Assembly: GCA_951406725.2 (NCBI GenBank)
Contig: OX597816.1
Coordinates: 71,362,001 to 71,426,000 of the forward strand
Reading direction: 5' to 3'
Source: Octopus vulgaris
Lineage: Eukaryota
DNA length: 64,000 bases
Position numbers and translations under genes: made by a program. How positions within the stretch are numbered: the first letter of the stretch is position 1; the number at the start of each line of letters is the position of its first letter. Positions 1-12,755 of this stretch are shown piece after piece. The notes under the pieces were generated by a model. It was not told the origin of the DNA. It did not search any database and saw only the letters and a program-made list of their open reading frames with translations.

Positions 1-422
1 ACGTTAAATGATGATGATGATGATGAACCAGCCACCAACCTTTCATTTTTGTGGTCTGTTGTTATTTCTTCTGTGTCGTTATAATGTAATGTCTGTTTTC
101 TGTGCTGGAATGGGTTGGATGTCTTGACTGGAACTGGCAAGGCCAGGGGCGACACATGATTCCATAGCCTGCATTGGCATGGTTTTTATGACTGAATACT
201 CTTCCTAATGCCAACCACTTTACAGAATGTACCGGATGCTTTTTACTTGGTACCAGCCTCCAAACTAATGGTTATTTTACTTGGCACCTTGGTTGTATAT
301 AAATCCTAGATAAATTATGTTGATGTACTGGGATTGAGAAATTTTGACTTTTACCATTGCCTGCAGCCTTTGCACAAACCTTCCTTTCTCTCTCACACAC
401 ACAGGAATATAACAACTGTATA

Positions 423-1115
423 CAGGGTGGCCACAAAGTCACACACCATGGGAGATATCAAGTACGCTTTATTAGCAATGAAGTAGGTAATCCATTACAA
501 ATCTTCTTAGTGTTGGCCATAAAGCTCTAAACAAGTGTTTATATGGAATTTGAAATTACGATGAACCCTCCCAAATAGCTCTTCATTGCCATTGACTTGT
601 TCACATGCTTCAACAATTCTTTGAAGATGTCCTTGGTCACGAATCTTTAAAGAAAACCCAAAAGATTTAATGCAGCCCCAGAAGAAAAAGTCCACTGGTG
701 ACCATGGTGCCCACTCAGTTGGGCCTGTGACACCCAAGTCATCTCCTTGGAAAATGTTCGTTCAGAAAATCACGAACCTGTAATGCATAATGGGGCAGAA
801 TCCCATCCTGCTGAAATCAGACAGGATTTCCCCTTCCAAGTGAATGCTTGTGAAGCATCATCTTGTTGCCAAGCATGTCCACCTACGAATCACCTGTCTC
901 AGAGCCCTCAAAATAAAATGGTCCAATTACTTGATTGGGCCAAATCCCACACCACACCATTACCTTGCTCCCACCTTGTTGATTACCTGCCTCCCTCCAA
1001 TGAGGATTGATTTGTGAGTAATATCGGCTGTTGTGAAAAGAGATAAAAAAAAAAAAGAGAGAATGTTAGCAATTTCCTATACTGCAGAATGATGTGTGAC
1101 TTTATGACCACCCTG
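423..1115 (-). mobile_element. Internally deleted Tc1/mariner-superfamily DNA transposon with a transposase C-terminal remnant
   Basis: TA-flanked TIRs CAGGGTGGCCACAAAGTCACACA ... TGTGTGACTTTATGACCACCCTG. ORF 507-737(-) WAPWSPVDFFFWGCIKS...TCLELYGQH is a degenerate WPPRSPDLTPLDFFLWG...CI..NGGHFE. Confidence 0.85.
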
Positions 1116-1269
1116 TACCTATAAATAAATGCATTGTTCTACTTTTTCTTTCTGCTCATCCATGAGGGAAAGTTTTACAAACTTCAGTGCATGTACATTC
1201 TAATTTATAGAATCTGGTGTACACAACCAAGTGTATAAAGTTCTGTGCATACTCATACGACATTAGCCA

Positions 1270-1708
1270 CCATGCGAGCGTGATCGTTACCCACTTAAAA
1301 GGCACCATTTGAGCATGATCGTTACCAGCATCGCCTTAAAGAGTACCATCCGAGCATGATTGTTGCCGGAGCAGCTATCTGGCCTCCGTGTCGGTGGCAC
1401 GTAAAAAACACCATTCGAGCGCGATCATTACCAGCATCGCCTTACTGTCACCTGTGCCGGTGGCATGTGTAAAAGATTCGAGCAAGGTTGTTGCCAGTAC
1501 TGCCTGACTAGCCCCATGCCTGTGGCATGTAAAAGCACCCACTACACTCTCGGAGTGGTTGGCGTTAGGAAGAGCATCCAGCTGTAGAAACTCTGCCAGA
1601 TCAAGATTGAAGCCTGGTGCAGCCATCTGGTTCGCCAGCCCTCAGTCATTCGTCCTACCCATGCTAGCATGGAAAGCGGACGTTAAACGATGATGATGAT
1701 GATGATGA
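1270..1708 (+). mobile_element. Retroposon (SINE or LINE 3' end) family with core GTTAGGAAGGGCATCCAGCTGTAGAAA and (ATG)n tail
   Basis: Ends ...GCATGGAAAGCGGACGTTAAACG(ATG)n. Other copies at about 1-25 (tail only), 90-255(-), 17933-18145(-), 19170-19235(-), 30420-30627(-), 49381-49600(-), 61940-62232(+) and 62281-62497(-). Confidence 0.8.
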
Positions 1709-2420
1709 CTCTGCAGTCTTCATTTCAGACCTCCTTTCTTTGCTTTCAATAGCAACAACACAAATAGCAATGAGAATCTTTCTGTAATCTGTGTATTCTG
1801 ACACTGCTTGCTGGTCCACCCAGTACCAGCCTTCAGGTGTTGAATAACCACCGTTATAATATATCACACATAACACTTGTATCAGTTTGTGCTGGTCACT
1901 CCTGTCACTTGGTCATTTAGTCTTGAAATCTAATATTTGAAGGTGTGAACATTTTGATGTTCTAAGCTGTTGAGAAGTTTGGTAAAGAACATTTTGCTCA
2001 ACATTTCTGTTGGCTATATTTTTTCTGCAAACATTTATTTTTTTTTTCTACAAATTCTTGTAAAGAGATGACTAGAGGACATCTTTGTCTCATTCGTCTC
2101 ACTTCTGTTAGATTGGTGTTTTGAATATTTGTTTACTTATATGCTAAATATTTTCCACTCGGAACTATCACAATCTTCACTGACACTACCAGATATTTCG
2201 TCCCTTGAGTGATGGTTTTTAAGCATAACCATTACAATTCTGTGTGCCAGTCGTATATTAAACTATACATCTGTACGGGTTTTTGTTTTTATAAGGGGCA
2301 TAACTCTGCAGTGACTTTTTCTCTTTCCTTACATCGAGTCTTGGTGTTTGTTTCGTTTCGTTCCAAGTCGTTGAAAAACAAATTTGGTTGGAGAAATTCA
2401 ATTAAGGATATTTTCATTTC

Positions 2421-2640
2421 AAGCTGGCAGAAACGTTAGCACGCCGGGCGAAATGCTTAGCGGTATTTCGTCTGCCGCTACGTTCTGAATTCAAATTCCG
2501 CCGAGGTTGACTTTGCCTTTCATCCTTTCGCGGTCAATAAATTAAGCACCAGTTACGCACTGGAGTCGATCTAATCGACTTAATCCGTTTGTTTGTCCTC
2601 TCTGTGTTTAGCCCCTTGTGGGTAGTAAAGAAATAGATAT
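2421..2640 (+). mobile_element. tRNA-derived SINE family A (GCTGGCAGAAACGTTAGC...GTTCAAATTCC...GCCTTTCATCCTTTCGGGGTCGATAAATTAAGTACCAG)
   Basis: Has a B-box-like GAGTTCAAATTCC and a conserved body. There are many copies and fragments across the window. Confidence 0.85.
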
Positions 2641-3246
2641 TTTCATTTCTGATTCTAATGAATCAACGTTGTTACTTCGAGCCTATCCTCTTCACTAGTT
2701 AGTAACTTCCTGTTAATGTAGTGCTCCAGCATGGACTTGTCTGTGGTTGTTAAAGCAAACTAGAACATATTGGGTGCAGGGGTACCACTAAAGTTTTTTT
2801 TTTTTCTACTCTCCAATGGGGAAGTCATGGAAGGACACAGTTTGTACCAGGGGAGCAGATTACTTGGGAATGTTGTACAGAACCCAACTTGATCCAATTT
2901 TTGGCACAAGGCCAGCAACTTCGGGGGAGGGTTTAAGTTGATTAAATCGACCCTAGTACTCAACTGGTATATAGTTTATTGACCCCTGAAAGGATCTGAT
3001 GATGATTACCTTTATTTGCCAGCTAAGTGAGATACAAGGTCAACAATTTTGAAGGGAGAGAAGTTGATTACTTCGAGCCCTCTACCTGACTGGTACTTTA
3101 ATTTATCAACCCTGGAATGATGACTGACAAAATTGACCGAAGTGGGAATTGAACCAGAGCCAGAAGAAATGCCACAAAGCATTTTGTTCAATGTATCAAT
3201 AATTTTGCTAGCTGTTTGCCATAATATTAATAGGCTCTGTATTAAA

Positions 3247-3600
3247 TCATCATCATCATTGTTCGACCGTGGTCGAGACAATGGAATTTACTATGTTATG
3301 CCAGACTTCACGGTCCATCATAGCATTACGGAGGTCCTGTTGCTGGATGCCTGTATCCCTGGAGATTACATCAGGGTAGGAGAGTGTGTACCCTCTGGTA
3401 TCGCGAGCAGATGGCTTCCAGAGGAGAAGAGTAGAAATTACCTCGTTTTCAGCTCTACAACAATGCCCAGCAAACTGGACTCTTCTACCTTTCACAAGAG
3501 ATGATACAGCTGGTAGTTTCCCATATATTTGTACTTTGGTTGGATGACGCTTCCATGAGAGATTTTGAGAATTCCTGTTATTGAAGTCATTGTTTAGTTA
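3247..3600 (-). mobile_element. 3' end of an RTE-type LINE
   Basis: ORF 3256-3495(-) RRVQFAGHCCRAENEVISTLLLWKP...DREVW resembles the RTE ORF2 C-terminus and is followed by a short (ATG)n tail. Confidence 0.75.
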
Positions 3601-4066
3601 TCCCTGGGTTACGTCCCTTTGTTTTCGGCTGTGTGAGGTTAGAACTATCAGAGTTCTCATTAAATGATGTGTGTGTGTGTTTACAAATAAATAAATAAAT
3701 AAATAAGGACTTCCAAAAGGAATCCTTAAAATACTCTGACAGGGCTGTTTTCCCCCTCCCACATTATCTTTTGTTTTTAGAAACACTTCAAGCACACACA
3801 CACACACACCACAGATTGCGATAGTCTTTTTATAAGATTTCAAGTCTTTGTATCATACATTTGAGATACGTTTTCCTTGTCAGAATTTTTTATATTGGCT
3901 ACCAGTGACAACACCAGCCTTGCATGTGTGTGTTTCTGGATGTATAAACTGAAAAATTTATTCAATTTTCTGTAAACGTTTGTTTGTCTGAAACTGTAAC
4001 GTCTGTGCATTGTTGCTCGGAATTTCTCCATTACTATTGTATTTCTTACCTCAGTGTTACATAGTT

Positions 4067-4470
4067 GAGATCTTTTCGGTTTGAACGGCAGTTTTTTCTA
4101 GCGGTGTCATATGAAATTGTCACCCATAATTATGACCCTTGTATCGATATATTGCATTTCAATCTGGGTTAGGGGTGGGGGGAAGGGTATCTTTTTTTCT
4201 TCAGAAATGTAAATAAACCCAATCTGTTTCTTAAACGGACATTTTCATACGGTACAGAATGTTTTCACCTCAATAGACGTCATTGATTGGTTGAAATTGC
4301 AGAAATTGAAGAAAAAAAGCAACAAATATCTTACAAACAATAGAATTTTCTCAATAAAGCCAAGAGAAAAAGATGTTTTATAAATATATTCTACCAGTAT
4401 ACGAAGTTTAAAAGTGTTTAGTTACGTGGAAATTATTTTTAAAAACTGCCGTTCAAACCGAAAAGATCCC
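4067..4470. mobile_element. MITE with about 30-bp TIRs and a 6-bp TSD
   Basis: TIRs G(A/G)GATCTTTTCGGTTTGAACGGCAGTTTTT / AAAAACTGCCGTTCAAACCGAAAAGATCCC; ATAGTT is duplicated at 4061-4066 and 4471-4476. Confidence 0.85.
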
Positions 4471-4608
4471 ATAGTTGTGTGTGCTTCTGAATGAGTGAAT
4501 TAGTTTTATAAATTTGCATATAAAAATGTTATACTGCTGCACAGTTAATGTAGAGAAATACATTCCAACATTTTGTGTTGAATTTTTGATATTGCTAACA
4601 TTGTAAAT

Positions 4609-4915
4609 GTGGAGGCGTAATGGAGCAGTGGTTAGGGCAGCGGACTCGCGGTCGGAGGATCGCGTTTTCAACTCCCAGATTAGGCGTTGTGTGTGTTTAT
4701 TGAGCGAAAACACCTAATGTTCTACAAGGCTCTGGCAGGTGGGGTGGCGACCCCTGTTGTACTCTTTCGCCCCAATTTTCTCTCTTATGCAGTAACGTGG
4801 CGATGGACTGGCGTCCTGTCCAGCTGGTTGGGGGGGAACACGTATGGCATAGAAACCGGGAATCCGGGCCCATGAGCCTGGCTAGGCTTTAAAAGGGTGT
4901 GTAAATAAATAAATA
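4609..4915 (+). mobile_element. tRNA-derived SINE family C, 3'-variant 1
   Basis: tRNA-like head GTGGAGGCG..TGG..CAGTGGTTAGGGCAGCGGACTCGCGGTC, (TAAA)n tail, TSD AACATTGTAAAT. Confidence 0.85.
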
Positions 4916-6176
4916 AACATTGTAAATAACAACAGTATTATTTAAATGTATCTGTTTTGTAATTTGGAGTGGGCAGATCCCATGGAAGGCAGGAGAATTA
5001 GAAGAGTATTAGAAAAGTGGCCATGTGTTGATAGGATGTCAGACAGTGAGGGTGAAGAGGTCAGTGTTTTTTGTAACCAGCATTGTGCTGTGTCGATGGC
5101 CATGATAATTAAATCTTAACCTGTTCGATTCATATAGCTGTTAACAGGTACCATGTGTAGGTGAGGCTTACTACCAAAGAAAGCAGAGCACTACTTAATT
5201 GTCAAATGTTTTACTATCTCACTGTTAAAGTTCTAATGTAGCTGTATGTTGGAGAAAGGTATGAAGTGTACTGGGCCAGTTTGCTCCTGATACAGCTACA
5301 TGTAAGTAAAGCTTTGAATCTTTGGTGTTGTCGCAGCCAACCCAGTGGCTTATAAGGAATCACCATTTACTATTTATTTATTTATATTATTCTATTGAGA
5401 GTATTGATTCTAAAGATTATCTTGCCAATCCTCTTTTGGCAGAGTTCCTAAATATATATATATATATAGATATATATATATATATATGATATAATATAAT
5501 ATAATATAATATAATTTGTACTTGTAAATATTTTATAAATTGTTTTTGTATTTTAATATAAAATTCAACAGAAATGGCAGTAAGTTGGCAGAGATAGTAA
5601 AATGTTGAATTAAATGTTAAAACGTTTAGAATTTCATACCAGAAGATCCTAACTTTCAAATTTCATCTTTCCAAAAGTTGGTAAAGATAACCTCCAGTGT
5701 ATTGTTTGTTCTAGTCGGTCTGAGCCAAAAAAGAAAAAAAGGGTTGGTGAGTAAGAAAGTTAACGAAAGAATGCACTATTACATTGTCTAATTTGAAGTT
5801 GAGTGATTAGCAAAGATACAAATGCATCATCCGGTTGTGAAAACAACCAATTATTGTAACAATCAATTCCTGCCCTAGCAAACAGAGAAGTAAAAATTAA
5901 TGTGGAACAATAAAATATATACTTCTGCATACCACTATAGAGCATGTGTATTAACTTTTATTCAAGGTGTTTCTAGTTTTGAGACACTACTCCATAGAAA
6001 TCATTCACCTTGTCTTGTTAGTCCCACAAATTTTTCTTTTTTTTCTGAGTTTTTTTTTTTTTTGTATCTAGCTTTTTGTTCATTCATTTTAATTATTCAG
6101 TCTGGAGCAAAGAATTGGGCTCGTAACATTCATGGTTCCTCCACCAATACAGGTGTGTTTGATGCAGTTAATGAAC

Positions 6177-6221
<45 letters not shown>

Positions 6222-6721
6222 AACAAAAAACATGAACAGGGAACTCTGGGTAGGCAGGACTAGGTAGACTTAGTTGGTGTGGGGTGTGGATGGGAGAGAT
6301 GTATGAGTCATGTGAGTCCGAGTGCAGGTAAAACAAGCTCAACCAGCTTTAAGGAGCAGAGAAACAGTAGTTTGAAAAGAAGATTAAGGGGCTAATATAT
6401 TAATGAACTACAGAGTAATCAATCAAATGGCAGTCAGAAATACATCTACATGTATATCTTGTTTCATTCATTTGACTGTGGCCATGCTGGGGCACTGCTT
6501 TGAATGGTTTTAGTCAAATGAATTGACCGTTGTACTTTGTTTTGTTTTGTTTTTTTTGTCTTAGTAAAACCTGGTATCTGTTCTGTTGGTTACTTTTGTC
6601 AAACAGTTAAGTTACAGGGACATGAACAAACAAACACCAGTTGTCAAGTGATGGTCAGGGACAAACGGACACAAGGCCACAAACACACACACACACGCAC
6701 ATAAACAAGCATCTTTCAGTT

Positions 6722-7135
6722 TCTTATTTCTTTACTACCCACAAGGGGCTACACACAGAGGGGACAAACAAGGATAGACAAACGGATTAAGTCGATTATA
6801 TCAATCCCAGTGCGTAACTGGTACTTATTTAATCGACCCTGAAAGGATGAAAGGCAAAGTCGACCTCGGCGGAATTTGAACTCAGAACGTAGCGGCAGTC
6901 GAAATACCTATTTCTTTACTACCCACAAGGGGCTACACACAGAGGGGACAAACAAGGACAGACAAATGGATTAAGTCGATTATATCAATCCCAGTGCGTA
7001 ACTCGTACTTATTTAATCAACCCTGAAAGGATGAAAGGCAAAGTCGACCTCGGCGGAATTTGAACTCAGAACGTAATGGCAGACGAAATACCGCTAAGCA
7101 TTTCACCTGGCGTGCTAATATTCCTGCCAGCTCGC
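6722..7135 (-). mobile_element. SINE family A, tandem dimer
   Basis: Two consecutive reverse-complement copies of the family A body. Confidence 0.8.
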
Positions 7136-7539
7136 ATGGATGGAAAAACTGATGTAAAAATGACTGGAATATATATATGTGTGTGTGTGTGTGTCATCAT
7201 CATTTTCTATGCTGGCATGAGACTTGTTGACACAATATTCTATGACTGGATGCCCTTCCCGTTGCCAACCTTTTCTTGGCTTTCACATTTTGAAACCACT
7301 GAGCTAAAGGATGTATTTACAGGAGACATAAATATCACCAGCTCAAAGGATGTGTGAAAACACATGGAACCATACCCTACCACCACATTTATGCATGGCA
7401 GGCTTCCATACAGTTTCTATCTACCAAATTTCGCTTGCTGCCAAGTCACACTCATTTATGAACTACATTTATGCTTTATTTTTTTTCTTTTAAATCTATC
7501 TATCTATCGACAGTTGTCTGTATCAGAAAAACTTATACA

Positions 7540-7710
7540 TGAGTAGGAGCGGCTGTGTGATAAGTAGCTTGCTTACCAACCACATGGTTCCAGGTTCAGT
7601 CCCACTGCGTGGCACCTTGGGCAAGTGTCTTCTACTATAGCCTCGGGCCAACCAAAGCCTTGTGAGTGGATTTGGTAGATGGAAACTGAAAGAAGCCCGT
7701 CGTATACATG

Positions 7711-7741
<31 letters not shown>

Positions 7742-7926
7742 CCTCCCAACATCGCTTGACAACCAATGCTGGTGTGTTTACATCCCCGTAACTTAGCGGT
7801 TCAGCAAAAGAGACCGATGGAATAAGTACCAGGCTTACAAAGAATAAGTCCTGGGGTCGATTTGGTCAACTAAAGGTGGTGCTCCAGCATGGCTGCAGTC
7901 GGGTGACTGAAACAAGTAAAAGAGTA
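7540..7926 (+). mobile_element. tRNA/CORE-type SINE family B, full length with internal (TA/TG)n
   Basis: Head GGAGCGGCTGTGTGATAAG...GGTTCAGTCCC, CORE-like GGCACCTTGGGCAAGTG, tail GAAACAAGTAAAAGAGTA. Other copies at about 12290-12525(-), 15220-15580(-), 18958-19130(+), 20020-20460(-), 23200-23830(-) and 51632-52065(-). Confidence 0.85.
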
Positions 7927-8603
7927 CATGGATACAGCAGCACTGAATTGCATAAAACTGTTGCATCTTCAAACAAAATTACATTCATTTTTTGTAACTG
8001 TAATGGTTGACATAGCTTTTTGTCTTCCCTGAGGCTGATAAAATTAGAAAGCAAAGTTTTGTGGTTGATACAATCAATAGAAACCATTGAAAGTAATGCC
8101 ACTGCATAACCACAGTCTAGTGACTTCAATCAGTGATGCAATAATGTAAGAATGACTACTTGTCTGTCTGTCTGTGTGCCTGTCTATCTTTCTTTTTGAA
8201 GTTTCCTCTCACACTGCAATCAGACACTAAATACTGTTTTTACTGATTTTACTAATGGTGATGATGATGATGATATGTTCATATTATTTTTCCCCCAGGG
8301 ACCAGCCATTCTTACAATGGTGGGTGTCAAAAATGTCATGCAATGTATTAAAACATTACAGAGTGGAAAAATAAATGTAGATAAATTACCCAAATATATA
8401 CATAAAAAAATAATGAAATTATTATATACCGTGCTCAGGTGCAGTACAATGCTCAGGTGCACTACAAACACTCAGTTGCACCACAAGTAAATAAAACAAA
8501 AAACAAAACATTTGAGCAGCCAATGCATTTCCCCTACACACATAAAAATTACAACCTTAGTTAATTTAATCAACCCCATGACCCCTAACTTTCTTTCACT
8601 CCT

Positions 8604-9184
8604 AGTACTTGTGGTGTTAGCGATGTTATGGGCTGTGATGAGCTATGTGGTGTTGGTGGAGAGGATGGTAGATGAGGTAAAAGGGAAGTAAAGACTGCAG
8701 GGACATGCGTGGGCAGGAAGCATGTATGGTGAGTTCAAGCAGAGACAGCAGTGAGAAAAGGCCTTACCTGTTGACCTGCTAAGGTCAACAGGTAAGGCCT
8801 TTTGTATTTCTTTCTCCCATTTGCTTCTTTTTCTGTTGTCCTTTTCTTCCATCACACTACAAGCTATTTCGGCCCACAACAGTCATAAAAATTGGAAGAA
8901 ACTTTTAAAAAAAAACAGAAAAAGAAGCAAACGGGAGAAAGAAATACAAAAGGCTTTACCTGTTGACCTCGGCAGAATGAGCAGTTACTCTCACGAAATA
9001 GACATGTCTTTTCTCGCTGCCATCTCTGCTCGAACTCACCACACATGCTTCCTGCCCATGCATGTCCCTGTCACTCTTCCGCCGGCCCCTGCAGTCTTTA
9101 CTTCCCTTTTACCTCATCTACTGACCTCTCCACCAACACCACATAGCTCATCACAGCCCATAACACTGCTAACACCACAGTACT
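8604..9184. repeat. Long imperfect inverted repeat (foldback, about 250-bp arms) with an internal palindrome at 8756-8803
   Basis: 8604-8850 is the reverse complement of about 8915-9184. Confidence 0.8.
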
Positions 9185-9189
9185 GGAAC

Positions 9190-10040
9190 CTGGTTAAGCT
9201 CTTTCCTCCCTATAAAGCATAGGCCATCAATGCTTTTTCTCTGCTGCTCTTGATAGAGGCTGTCTTTTCTGCTTCTTCCTAGTCGGTTCCCTGTGTTTTT
9301 CTGCTCTGCCTCAGTATCCTACATGTTTCCCTCAGGGAAAGCCTTCCTCTCCCAGATCTTGTTGATTTTTAATTGTCATCAGTGCTTCTGTAACCTTGCT
9401 TTTTTCTAAGTAGGGGTGTTGGCTTTCTGCAAACCCATTTTTACCTCTGGGAAGAGTAGGTCCTTACTAGTCTCTCCAGTATAGAAGGCCTTCCAAGTAT
9501 AGCCAGTATAGCTCTCAGGGTTATTAAGGTATAGTGTAACAAGGACTGGACCTTGTTGGAGAGTATTGGAACCTAGAATACCCGAAAATGTCCATAAGCA
9601 TTCTTGGTACAGGATTATACTTAGATTCCACAACATCCATTGGGATGTTCCCATGTAGTCCTTGATAGCCTGCTGTCAGTCATTTAAGTCTTCTGCAAAA
9701 TCTCATCCATCTCTTCCTCAGCCAGCACCTTATTCTTCCTTTATTCCTTAAGATGAATTAGATGATCCATCAGTGCTTCATGGTCAATTCTAAGAACTGA
9801 ATTCCATGCTGTCCTAGAATCAAAGAAAATCATTCTTCTTGTTGCATCCTGCTTGTCTTTGCTCTGGACTCTCTTTTACCATGTCTCCCCACTTTTTACT
9901 TGTTTTGGCTCTCCTTGGTGGTTTGCTGTTCCTTCCCAGCCTACATCTGTTCATCATTTCAAGGTAATTAGGATGGTACAACTGGGAAGGGATACCTTGG
10001 TTTCCTGGCTGTCAGCTCCTGACAGTGAGGATATGGTGTC
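9190..10040 (-). mobile_element. Degenerate RTE-type LINE fragment
   Basis: Frameshifted remnants resemble the RT C-terminal region; composition differs from the flanks. Confidence 0.45.
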
Positions 10041-10434
10041 TTTTAATTTAAAATTTATATATATATATATATATATACTATCTTTGGAGCTGTGACTAGT
10101 GATACTGTGGAAAGAAAAATTTCTGGAGCCTGCTTAATACTTGTTACTTCCTTCCTCTACTTTTCCAATTCCTTTGAGCAGAAGAGCAGAAAGCCTTCAA
10201 GTGGCTCTTCGATACATATATCATAACTGGCTTTCTTATCTGCATCATTTCTTTAAATGCTCTTTTTTTCTTTTTCCAGCATTCACTCTAAGGTACAACT
10301 ACAGAATAGCTTTGTGGCAATCAGATGCCATCAGGACTTGCATGTCTATCAAGACCTCTCCCAACTACATTGCTTTCTTTTACCACTTTACTCACTATTG
10401 ATCCATACAGTGTCACAAAGCCAGCACCACCACC

Positions 10435-10812
10435 AGTGGAGACGCAATGGCCCAGTGGTTAGGGCAGCGGACTCGCGGTCGGAGGATCACGGTTTTGATT
10501 CCCAGACCGGGCGTTGTGTGTGTTTATTGAGTGAAAACACCTAAAGCTCCACAAGGCTCCTGCAGGGGATGGTGGCAACCCCTGTTGTACACTTTTGCCC
10601 CAACTTTCTCTCACTCTTTTTTCCTGTTTCTTGTCCCCAACTTCCTACGCAACCGCTGAGCCTGGATGCGCATTCATCCATCTGTCGATGCTCTCGGTGT
10701 CGGAGTTGACCTGCTTTCTTTTCTGCAGGTCTTATGAATAGCAAAGGACCACATTTCAGACTTCTCCCACAGGGACGAAGACCACTTCGCTTGACAAACA
10801 AACAAACAAACA
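10435..10812 (+). mobile_element. tRNA-derived SINE family C, 3'-variant 2 (second copy at 33251-33655)
   Basis: Same head as the 4609 copy but a different 3' half, (AAAC)n tail, TSD CAAAGCCAGCACCACCACCA. Confidence 0.85.
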
Positions 10813-11449
10813 AAGCCAGCACCACCACCACCAATTTTCCTGATCACAACCCTTGTATTTTATCTAACCATATATTGCAACACCAGCCTATGTGTTGACA
10901 GGTGCCTGGCACAACTATTCCACCTGTTGCTTCACTTTTTCCTGTCATAACACTAGGTAAATGCTTTCATACACCCCCACCCAGGTCAATGGATCCCTCC
11001 CCCACCTGTTCCTATATGGGCATACAAAAGGCCCTCCTCCTTTTGTCTAGACAGACCTATTTTACTCTACTCCTTGCCCATTTCTTGATATATTCATTAA
11101 GCAAGTATGTCTCTTCCAGCCACTGTCCCTCATCTCATAACCCATCTGTGTCCTTATATTTTTATTTCTCAGTTGTCAGTCTATATCGAACACCTTCAAA
11201 AGTGCTGCCATTGCTTTTACTATCAATGTTATCACAAATATTGTTATTTATTTTATTTGTTAAAGTGTCTACTTGTTTTGTTGTATTCGTTTACTATTTG
11301 TCTTTAAAAGAGAAAAAAAAACCATACAAATTCTGTTATTGTTTTCAAAATTTTAATTGAGATTCTTGGGGATGTATTCTCTGCTACCATGCTTATGGCT
11401 AGCACTCAAAAAAAATTACTAATAAATGAATATATATATATATATATAT

Positions 11450-11727
11450 ATTAAAATTATAAATTAGGGTATCTATGAGATACCACCATGCTGAAAATAG
11501 CAGCCATGATCTGACTCTAAAACCACCATAATTGTCCATATATCAACACGGAGAGAAAATAAAGGGACAAGATGGATGATGGGGAAACACACACACACAC
11601 ATCATCTTGTCTCTTTGTTTTCTCTCCGTGTTGATATATGGACAATTATGGTGGTTTTAGAGTCAGATCATGGCTGCTATTTTCAGCATGGTGGTATATC
11701 GTAGATACCCTAATTTATAATTTTAAT
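11450..11727. repeat. Near-perfect inverted repeat with about 125-bp arms, probably a Penelope-type inverted terminal repeat
   Basis: 11450-11574 is the reverse complement of 11603-11727; the spacer contains (CA)n. Confidence 0.75.
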
Positions 11728-11825
11728 AATTATTACCTTTGAAGGTTATTTTTTCCATACTGACCACTTGATAAAATCATTATTTTATCTTTAAATTAAT
11801 GATCTTATCCTTATTTATATAAATT

Positions 11826-11857
<32 letters not shown>

Positions 11858-12652
11858 TGTATACGTATATAAAACAGTTTTTGGTCTTGTTGTAGGTAAA
11901 TATGTAACTAACGTTTCCACTTAAGACAACAAAGGTAGACATTATTGATACTTTGTTGGCTGAGAAAGATATTCAGTTCCTGTGTTTATTGTAATCACTT
12001 TCTGTAAATAAACCAACTAAAACAAGACTCTTGATAACAGTGTCATTTTCGATGGTACGGGTGGGTGTGGGTGGGGAATCATGCCAACACTTTATATATT
12101 GTTTTTCTAAAAAATTTGATTCATTTTATTTTCACTTTATTATTTTTTAACAAATTTCTAAAGTTTTTATTTATATTTATAAATATTGGATATTTTCACT
12201 GTTTTCTCTTATTATTTTTTTAAATGCAATATATGTAAATGAGTAAGAAAACAATTAAAATTTGAACAAATCATATATATATATACTCTTACTCTCTTTT
12301 ACTTTTTTTTTACTTGTTTCAGCCATTTGATTGCAGCCATGCTGGAGCACCGCCTTTAGTTGAGCAAATCGACCCCAGGACTTATTCTTTGTAAGCTTAG
12401 TACTTATTCTATCGGTCTCTCTTGCCGAACCACTAAGTGATGAGGACCCAAACACACCAGCATCGGTTGTCAAATGATGGTGGGGGGGACAAACACAGAC
12501 ACACAAACATACACACACACATATATAATAGATAATAAAACGGATGGTTTACACTTGGTAGCTTACTGGTAAAGCGTGGTCACTTACACAGTGATCGTTA
12601 GGTATATGGCAAATGAAAGACAGCAGATGGAATATACAAGAATTTATTATTA

Positions 12653-12755
12653 ATCACGACAATTGTTTTGACACATCTAGCATTGATCTCTCATGGGTGG
12701 GACACTCAACTGGTTCAGGAGCATCCGGTGGTGCAGATGTATCTCGTCGGGTGAT
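12653..12755 (-). ncRNA. Degenerate type-I hammerhead ribozyme motif with a long stem II
   Basis: ATCAC-CCGACGA-GATACATCT...AGATGTGTC-AAAA-CAATTG-TC-GTGAT. All three stems pair, but the core carries U4C and G12A. Confidence 0.55.

Noticed and set aside
1710-2400. ORF 1664-1876 and flanks as a possible decayed transposase or exon
   Set aside because: No diagnostic motif or splice pair could be supported.
4609-4685. tRNA genes at SINE heads (also 7540, 21853, 32622, ~53890)
   Set aside because: There are no complete cloverleafs; most continue into a SINE body or tail and the ~53890 one is too degenerate.
11905-11980. Hammerhead-like fold on the minus strand ending GAAACGTTAGTTAC
   Set aside because: The CUGANGA junction cannot be placed without assuming a deletion, so it is too degenerate to call.
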